Below are positions 57,937-64,000 of a DNA stretch of 64,000 nucleotides, piece after piece (the first letter of the stretch is position 1; every line of letters begins with the position of its first letter). The notes beneath the pieces are model-generated. The model was not told the DNA's origin, searched no databases, and saw only the letters and a list, made by a program, of their open reading frames with translations. Position numbers and translations under genes: made by a program. The DNA is from Parcubacteria group bacterium (GTDB lineage Bacteria > Patescibacteriota > Minisyncoccia > Moranbacterales > UBA2206). Where the stretch lies: the NCBI GenBank assembly GCA_041661275.1, contig JBAZUU010000004.1:7480-71479 (forward strand), in the 5' to 3' direction.

Positions 57937-58381
57937 CGGACTGAAATTATTATTGTACTTTGGTTACGGCGCTATGCTTAAGGGGCTTTGTAGTGACGGT
58001 GTCAATGAGGATTTTCACCAAAAAGCGCTGAAATATTTTGATGGCGACAGTTCTCTCGAGAACGATATCGCTGACGATGTTTATGTGGAGTTTCCTCATG
58101 CCACTCGGCGATTGATCGAGATGTCCAGAGAGAAGAACATTGATCGGTTCTCTGGAGAAAATGTTCATAGCTACGTCTATGAGATCCATGGACGCGAGGT
58201 CTTGCCGTCATGTGCAGTTCTATCGGGCAGGGTCAAAAATGTCTTTTCTGACAAGAAGATTGTCGAGATTGAACGGGATAAGGAGATTTTTGAGATCAAT
58301 TATCTTCTTTCGCTCGAAAGCACTTTCAGTATCGGCGATGAGGTGTATTTCCATCAAGGATGGCTTATCCCGAAAAAATAG
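57926..58381 (+). CDS. hypothetical protein inside the hydrogenase cluster
   Basis: 151-aa ORF overlapping the hypC end by 11 bp; no recognised family. Confidence 0.4.
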   Translation: MDNSGLKLLLYFGYGAMLKGLCSDGVNEDFHQKALKYFDGDSSLENDIADDVYVEFPHATRRLIEMSREKNIDRFSGENVHSYVYEIHGREVLPSCAVLSGRVKNVFSDKKIVEIERDKEIFEINYLLSLESTFSIGDEVYFHQGWLIPKK

Positions 58382-58454
58382 CACTTGAGCTTAGAAAAGC
58401 GGAGAATGGGAATCTCCGCTTATTTTTTTCCCAAATTTATGATAAAATTAGGAT

Positions 58455-59318
58455 ATGATCAAAAAAATTGCTAAAAAAACAAAAAAAGCTGCAGGTGCAA
58501 AGGTCGCCAAAAAGAAGGTGGCAAATATCAAGGTCGTGGAGAAGGGTAGCCACGAGAAAAAACCAAAAGTGGCTATTATCAGCCTTACGTCTTGTGAGGG
58601 ATGTCAATTCGCGCTTCTTGATTTAGGGCAAAGATTTTTGGATCTGGCGGAGAAAATTGAAATGGTGGATTTTAGGCTTTTGGAAGATGAAGAAGATCCG
58701 GGAATGGATTTGGATTTGGTACTCATAGAGGGCAATCCAGTAACAGAGGATAACATGAAGACGCTTCTGGCGGCCAGAAAAAGATCAAAACTCCTGGCAG
58801 CCCTTGGAAATTGCGCGGCTATGGGTGGGATACCGGAGATTAAAAATTATCAGGAAGGTAAAAATACCATAAAACATGTCTATCGATATTTGCAGGGGAT
58901 ATATAATCCGGAAATAAAAGAAATTGATAATTTTGTTAAAGTGGACTTCATTTTTCCTGGATGCCCGGTTACCGGAGAGGAATTTTTGAAATATATTCCG
59001 GAATTACTCGCGGGTAATATCCCAACCATTCCTGACCAGCCAGTCTGCGTAGAGTGTAAAAAACGTGGCAATCGATGCTTACTCTTAGATAAAAAACCTT
59101 GTTTTGGCCCGATGATTTTGGGCGGGTGCGACGCTGTTTGCCCGACATCGCGTATGATGTGTCAGGGTTGTCGAGGGTTGCGTCCTGGCGGAAATGTGAA
59201 AGCAATGAAAGCGACTCTTAAAACCATGATGAGTGACGCGGAATTTGAAAATACAACGGAAATTTATGGCTTGCGTGATGATATAGAAGAAAGGGAGAGA
59301 AAACAAAGAACAGTGTAA
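58455..59318 (+). CDS. hoxY: [NiFe]-hydrogenase small subunit (HoxY/delta-like) with a Lys-rich N-terminal extension
   Basis: AIISLTSCEGCQ proximal cluster motif; GNCA..GG; C-terminal Cys ligands. Confidence 0.75.
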   Translation: MIKKIAKKTKKAAGAKVAKKKVANIKVVEKGSHEKKPKVAIISLTSCEGCQFALLDLGQRFLDLAEKIEMVDFRLLEDEEDPGMDLDLVLIEGNPVTEDNMKTLLAARKRSKLLAALGNCAAMGGIPEIKNYQEGKNTIKHVYRYLQGIYNPEIKEIDNFVKVDFIFPGCPVTGEEFLKYIPELLAGNIPTIPDQPVCVECKKRGNRCLLLDKKPCFGPMILGGCDAVCPTSRMMCQGCRGLRPGGNVKAMKATLKTMMSDAEFENTTEIYGLRDDIEERERKQRTV

Positions 59319-59328
59319 CCGTAGCCTA

Positions 59329-59380
59329 TTAGAGGTCGGACCTCTAAAGCGTTAAGGCTCATTAGAAATCCGACCTCTAA
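59329..59380. repeat. palindrome ttagaggtcggacctctaa plus a partial second copy (terminator-like) after hoxY
   Basis: perfect 9-bp arms. Confidence 0.5.
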
Positions 59381-59400
59381 GACACGAGTAAATTGCTACT

Positions 59401-60339
59401 ATGAAAAAGTTTTTCCAATACTTAATATTAATCATCCTGATTTCTATATCAGGAATAATCCTTACCAACCGGGAACCCTCTCGCGTTTTTTTTCAGAAAG
59501 TGAGAAGGACGTATATCGAAAAACCATGCACCAAGCCGATAAAATATTCCATCGGCAATGTTGATTCCAGATTCAACATAACGCAAGCCGATCTTCAAAA
59601 TACAATTCTGCAGGCGGAAAATATATGGGAAAAACCGATTGGACGAAATTTATTTGAGTATGATCCAAACTCCCAGTTTAAAATAAATTTGGTTTATGAC
59701 GACCGGCAGGAAAGGACGCAGGAATCAGCGAAGCTGGAAAACACACTTGGGAAACTGGAAAGTTCGCACGAACAAATTATCGGCCAGTATAATAATTTAA
59801 GCAGCGCGTATAAAAAAAGGCTGGATGCCTACAATAAGGCGGCGGCTGACTATGAAAAACAGCTTAAAAAATATAATGACGAAGTGGATTCCTGGAACAA
59901 AAAGGGCGGAGCGCCACCAGACGTGTACGATAATTTGAAAAAAGAAAAAAAAGATTTACAGGATACTTTTTCCACTTTGGAAAAAGAAAGAAAAGTGGTC
60001 AATAGTCTCATCGGCCAGACTAATAATCTGGTAGAACAAGAAAAAAATATTGTTAGCAATTACAATTCCAACCTTTCCAGCTATCAAAATAAATATGGTG
60101 AGCCGGTTCAGTTCGACAAGGGAGTTTATGACGGAACAAAGATCGATATTTTCCAATTCAATGAAATTGGCGATTTGCGCCTGACTATTGCTCACGAATT
60201 TGGCCATGCTTTGGGAATTGACCATCTCGAAAATCCGCAATCACTCATGTATTATCTGATGGGCGAGCAGGATCTATCTAATCCACAACTTTCAACGGAA
60301 GATATCGCGGCACTGAAAGACGTATGCAATACAAAATAG
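59401..60339 (+). CDS. secreted or membrane-anchored zincin metalloprotease (matrixin-like HEFGHALGIDH) with a coiled-coil region
   Basis: N-terminal TM/signal sequence; heptad-rich middle; HExxHxxGxxH zinc motif followed by a Met-turn-like LMYY. Confidence 0.55.
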   Translation: MKKFFQYLILIILISISGIILTNREPSRVFFQKVRRTYIEKPCTKPIKYSIGNVDSRFNITQADLQNTILQAENIWEKPIGRNLFEYDPNSQFKINLVYDDRQERTQESAKLENTLGKLESSHEQIIGQYNNLSSAYKKRLDAYNKAAADYEKQLKKYNDEVDSWNKKGGAPPDVYDNLKKEKKDLQDTFSTLEKERKVVNSLIGQTNNLVEQEKNIVSNYNSNLSSYQNKYGEPVQFDKGVYDGTKIDIFQFNEIGDLRLTIAHEFGHALGIDHLENPQSLMYYLMGEQDLSNPQLSTEDIAALKDVCNTK

Positions 60340-60384
60340 TTTTTTGCCAAAGCCGCTTCCTTATGTTAACGTTAGATTAGAATC

Positions 60385-60702
60385 ATGTGGCTTTTTTTGT
60401 TTGGCTCAAATCTTAGAGGGGGAGGACTAATGTCAAACGGGACAGAAGTCTTTAGTTCTTTTTCGGAATTGCAAAAAAAATGGGGCGCGATTAAGCATAT
60501 GACGTCAGTGTGTCCCAATAATTGCAGGGGGAAAACGATTGAGGAGATTCGTGATGAAATGATAAGTGGCTCTGATTTCGCAATCAGCAAAAAAATACCT
60601 TTCGTCCAGTCAGGGGGAAAAATAACAAGAGCTGATGATAATTGCGAAATTAACCCAGTAGTTCACGAAAGAGTTCTTTTTCTTCTTTTTAAAAGGCCAT
60701 AA
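60385..60702 (+). CDS. hypothetical small protein
   Basis: ORF of 105 aa (or 90 aa from ATG 60430); hairpin/T-run terminator at 60726-60758. Confidence 0.25.
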   Translation: MWLFLFGSNLRGGGLMSNGTEVFSSFSELQKKWGAIKHMTSVCPNNCRGKTIEEIRDEMISGSDFAISKKIPFVQSGGKITRADDNCEINPVVHERVLFLLFKRP

Positions 60703-60834
60703 CCAACAACTGTTTTCTAGGCAGGGGAATCTCATTGGGTTTTCCCTGCTTTTTTATGATATAATAGCTTAAGTGGTTGCTAACAAACTTTTTCGCATTT
60801 TCGTACGTTCGTATTAATTTCGTAGTTCGTAACT

Positions 60835-62094
60835 ATGCATATAAAAATAAATCACATCGCCAAAATGGAAGGACACGCTGGGTTTATGGCGAGTGTTCTT
60901 GGCGGTGATGTAAGATCAGCCAAAATCGAAGTGCAAGAGGGGATCCGGCTTATCGAAGGAATTCTTATTGGACGCCACTATAAAGATATGCCAATTGTCG
61001 CGCAAAGGATTTGCGGGATCTGTCCGGTGGTGCACAATCTCACTGCCATAAAATCCCTGGAAAACGCTATGGGCGTAACCGTTACTGCTGAAACGGAAAA
61101 GCTGCGAACCCTTATGGAACTCGGGCAAATTATCCATTCCCACGCGCTTCATCTTTTTTTCTTGTCCCTGGCTGATTTTTTGGATATCGATAATGATATA
61201 AAACTGGTAAAAAAATATCCCGAAGAAACAAAAGCCGCGGTGAGAATTCGCGAATACGGCATGGAAATCATAAAAATTATTGGCGGACGAGTGGTTCATC
61301 CTCTCACTAATGAGGTGGGCGGATTTAAAAAGGCGCCAGATAAGGAAGAGCTGAAAAAATTATTGAATAATTCCGGAGAAATTTTAAAAACAGCACTGGA
61401 GTTAGGAAAATTTTTCAAGACTATAAAATTGCCGGAATTTTCAAGAGAAACGGAATATATATGCCTCACGAAACAAGGTGAATATGCTGTTTATGGCGGA
61501 GATATCGCGTCATCTTCCGGAAAAATAATTCCAGTTGAGAAATTCGAAAAGGATTTTTCTGAACTGGAGAAGCAGCAAGAAGTGATTAAAAAAGTAGAGC
61601 ATAATGGTCAAAGTTATATGGTAGGGGCAATTGCCAGGGTTAATATCAATAAAAATAAATTACGGGAAAATGCTCACGGATATCTAAATAGTTTAGGCTG
61701 GAAATTTCCCAATTACAACCCATTTAATAATATCCTGGCGCAGATGACCGAAGTCGTCCATTCAGTAGAAGAAAGTCAGCGTATCGTTAGAGAGCTTTTA
61801 AATATGGATCTGGAAAGAGTAGTTACTACGGAATATAAGATTCGTGCCGGAATAGGAGTGGCAGCAGTGGAAGCGCCACGAGGAACGCTATACTATCATG
61901 TAGAGGTGGATGACAAAGGCTATGTCAAAAACGTCAATATCATCACGCCAACCGCGCAATTTCTGGCTAATCTCGAAGATGACATCGCCGAATATATTCC
62001 CAAAATTATGGGATTGGGAGACAGTGAAAGACAAAGAAAACTGCGCGGATTTATCCGGGCATACGACCCGTGTATAAGTTGCGCTGTGCACTAA
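60835..62094 (+). CDS. hoxH: [NiFe]-hydrogenase large subunit (HoxH-like) ending exactly at the terminal His of DPCxxCxxH
   Basis: N-terminal RICGICPVVH and C-terminal DPCISCAVH-stop nickel-ligand motifs. Confidence 0.85.
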   Translation: MHIKINHIAKMEGHAGFMASVLGGDVRSAKIEVQEGIRLIEGILIGRHYKDMPIVAQRICGICPVVHNLTAIKSLENAMGVTVTAETEKLRTLMELGQIIHSHALHLFFLSLADFLDIDNDIKLVKKYPEETKAAVRIREYGMEIIKIIGGRVVHPLTNEVGGFKKAPDKEELKKLLNNSGEILKTALELGKFFKTIKLPEFSRETEYICLTKQGEYAVYGGDIASSSGKIIPVEKFEKDFSELEKQQEVIKKVEHNGQSYMVGAIARVNINKNKLRENAHGYLNSLGWKFPNYNPFNNILAQMTEVVHSVEESQRIVRELLNMDLERVVTTEYKIRAGIGVAAVEAPRGTLYYHVEVDDKGYVKNVNIITPTAQFLANLEDDIAEYIPKIMGLGDSERQRKLRGFIRAYDPCISCAVH

Positions 62095-62098
62095 AATT

Positions 62099-62371
62099 AT
62101 GCATGATTTTATGTTAGCCAAGGAAATAATAGGCAAACTTAGTGAGGTTGCCTTCAGTAAAAAACTTTCTCGCATCAAGAAAGTCTATGTTGAAATTGGG
62201 CAGATCACTATGGCTCATGATGATCATCCGGAACATACAGAAGATATTTCCATCGAAAACCTGCAATTTGGCCTGAAAAGTATTGCTAAAGATGGAATTT
62301 TCAAAAATACGGAGTTTTTTATTACCAAAGTGCCGGGCGACAATTGGAAAATAGTGGATATCGAAGTATAA
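62099..62371 (+). CDS. HypA-like protein lacking the zinc-finger CxxC pairs (N-terminal metal-binding domain only)
   Basis: starts MHDFMLAKEII... like the HypA MHE motif and helix, but has no cysteines. Confidence 0.4.
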   Translation: MHDFMLAKEIIGKLSEVAFSKKLSRIKKVYVEIGQITMAHDDHPEHTEDISIENLQFGLKSIAKDGIFKNTEFFITKVPGDNWKIVDIEV

Positions 62372-62451
62372 TAGAATCGCATAACGCATAACGTAAAACG
62401 CGTAACGACAATAATCCGTTCCACGCTACGCGCTCTACGTTCCACGATAAT
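62372..62451. repeat. intergenic repeat family D abutting the gap start codon
   Basis: cgcataacgcataacg...cgtaacg...gttccacgctacgcgctctacgttccacg. Confidence 0.55.
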
Positions 62452-63447
62452 ATGAAAATTGCAATCAATGGTTTTGGGAGGATAGGGAGACCAAGTTTTA
62501 AAATTGCCTTTGCCAATGAGAATATGGAAGTGGTGGCGATAAACGATCTCACTGATCTGAAAACGGCCGCCCATCTTTTGAAATTCGATTCGACGTACGG
62601 CCGATATGACAAAGAAGTGACGATTGATGAAGAAAATTCGGAACTGATTGTGGATGGGACGAGGATCAAATTCTTTCAGGAAAAAGAAGCGGCCAAGCTT
62701 CCCTGGAAAGAATTGGGGGTGGATGTGGTTTTGGAATGCACAGGAGTTTATGAAACAAAGGAAAAATGCGCCGAACACATAAATGCGGGGGCGAAAAAAG
62801 TTGTTCTGTCCGCGCCGCCGAAAGATGACACCCCGGTGTATCTGATCGGAGTCAATGAAAATGAATATAATGATGAGGACGTGATTTCCAATGGCTCTTG
62901 CACGACCAACTGTCTGGCGCCGATGATTAAAGTTTTGGACGACAATTTTGGAGTAGAAAAAGGATTTATGACAACCACTCATTCATATACCAATGACCAA
63001 AGAGTGCAGGATCTGCCGCATAAGGATCTACGGCGCGCCCGAGCAGCAGCTTTGAATATTATTCCGACAACAACAGGAGCCGCTAAAACTGTCGGAAAAG
63101 TAATTCGACATCTCGAAGGACAACTGGATGGAATTTCTCTTCGCGTTCCGACACCGGTGGTTTCTATTGTTGATTTTATCTGCACCCTAAAAAAAGAGGC
63201 GAGTGCGGAAGAGATAAATAATGCTTTTTCTGAAGCGGCGAGTGGTGCTATGAAGGGGATCATGGCAGTGAGCGTTGATGATTGTGTCTCGATGGATTTT
63301 AAAAAAGATTCCAATAGCGCGATTGTTGATCTACAACTTACGATGGCCAATGGCAATCTGACCAAAGTGGTCGGTTGGTATGATAACGAATGGGGATATT
63401 CATGTAGGTTGGTGGAGATGGCGGAGTTTATCAGTCAGAACCACTGA
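62452..63447 (+). CDS. gap: glyceraldehyde-3-phosphate dehydrogenase
   Basis: INGFGRIGR NAD-binding motif and catalytic SCTTNCLAP. Confidence 0.9.
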   Translation: MKIAINGFGRIGRPSFKIAFANENMEVVAINDLTDLKTAAHLLKFDSTYGRYDKEVTIDEENSELIVDGTRIKFFQEKEAAKLPWKELGVDVVLECTGVYETKEKCAEHINAGAKKVVLSAPPKDDTPVYLIGVNENEYNDEDVISNGSCTTNCLAPMIKVLDDNFGVEKGFMTTTHSYTNDQRVQDLPHKDLRRARAAALNIIPTTTGAAKTVGKVIRHLEGQLDGISLRVPTPVVSIVDFICTLKKEASAEEINNAFSEAASGAMKGIMAVSVDDCVSMDFKKDSNSAIVDLQLTMANGNLTKVVGWYDNEWGYSCRLVEMAEFISQNH

Positions 63448-63464
63448 TTATCACTGATCAACAC

Positions 63465-63779
63465 GTGATTTCACTTGAAGAAATAAAAATAAAAATGAGA
63501 ATAGATGAAATAAAAAAAGAGGAATTTCTTTTGGGATTATTAGTGCCCGTCTTTATTGTTATTGGGGTTTCGCTTTTGAACATTTTCGATTTTCTTTATC
63601 TTTTTTTCCCACCACTTCTTATCATAGTATTTTTAATCACGCTTTTTTGGAAAAAATGGGGGACGACTGGGGGAATAATAGCATTCGTAGCTTTATCCTA
63701 TCTTGTTCATTGGTTTATTCCTATTTTTTGGGGTTGGATTATGGCGGATAACGAACTTATAAAACGCCTAATGAAATAA
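63465..63779 (+). CDS. small hypothetical membrane protein
   Basis: 104 aa, three hydrophobic helices. Confidence 0.35.
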   Translation: MISLEEIKIKMRIDEIKKEEFLLGLLVPVFIVIGVSLLNIFDFLYLFFPPLLIIVFLITLFWKKWGTTGGIIAFVALSYLVHWFIPIFWGWIMADNELIKRLMK

Positions 63780-63782
63780 AAA

Positions 63783-64000
63783 ATGTTTGATATATTAATA
63801 AAAAACGGAACAGTGATTGACGGAACAGGCAAGGCCATGTATCGAGCCGATGTTGGAATAAAAGAAGATAAAATATCAAAGATAGGGGAATTACACAACG
63901 AAAAAGGGCGCGTGGAAATAGAAGCTTATGGCAAAATGGTTTGTCCGGGCTTTATCGATGTCAACAATCACAGTGACACATACTGGCAATTATTTTTAGA
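63783..64000 (+). CDS. amidohydrolase-family protein (D-aminoacylase/dihydroorotase-like), 5' fragment; continues past the window
   Basis: MFDILIKNGTVIDGTG...PGFIDVNNHSD (HxH metal-binding start motif as NNH). Confidence 0.55.
   Translation, partial: MFDILIKNGTVIDGTGKAMYRADVGIKEDKISKIGELHNEKGRVEIEAYGKMVCPGFIDVNNHSDTYWQLFL

Overview
This window is AT-rich bacterial DNA that reads in the standard genetic code; TGA, TAA and TAG all terminate well-conserved genes. The gene content resembles a Candidate Phyla Radiation (CPR) / Patescibacteria-type genome: L30 is absent from the ribosomal protein cluster, there is an NAD-coupled [NiFe]-hydrogenase, and many genes encode small hydrolases.

Layout:
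- 1-9.9 kb: membrane or secreted hypothetical proteins, a peptidoglycan amidase, guaA, a run of small hydrolase genes, a decayed DUF3800 pseudogene and a TsaB-like fragment.
- 9.98-17.05 kb: rpoB and rpoC.
- 17.05-30.1 kb: an accessory segment that separates rpoBC from rpsL-rpsG-fusA-tuf. It begins with an AAA+ ATPase gene bracketed by exact 59-bp direct repeats of the rpoC 3' end. It also carries a MazF-like toxin, an MNT/HEPN pair, a BrnT/BrnA pair, ftsK, a rodZ-like gene, recA, ndk, rpmB and an M50 protease.
- 30.1-49.2 kb: the str/S10/spc ribosomal protein cluster through secY-adk-map.
- 49.2-64 kb: ruvX, a GT2 glycosyltransferase, galT, tpiA and fba, then a hoxEFU-hypC-hoxY-hoxH-type hydrogenase cluster, gap, and the start of an amidohydrolase gene.

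The most unusual thing I can see directly is how many palindromic intergenic repeat families sit inside the normally compact ribosomal protein operons and next to the glycolysis and hydrogenase genes. The clearest is a roughly 140-bp hairpin element present in six copies. Other points of interest are the repeat-bracketed ATPase insertion at the rpoC 3' end, the density of toxin-antitoxin genes, a duplicated promoter-hairpin-U-tract module, and a hydrogenase large subunit that ends exactly at the final histidine of the DPCxxCxxH motif, with a matrixin-like metalloprotease gene placed between the hydrogenase small- and large-subunit genes. I found no CRISPR array, rRNA or tRNA.
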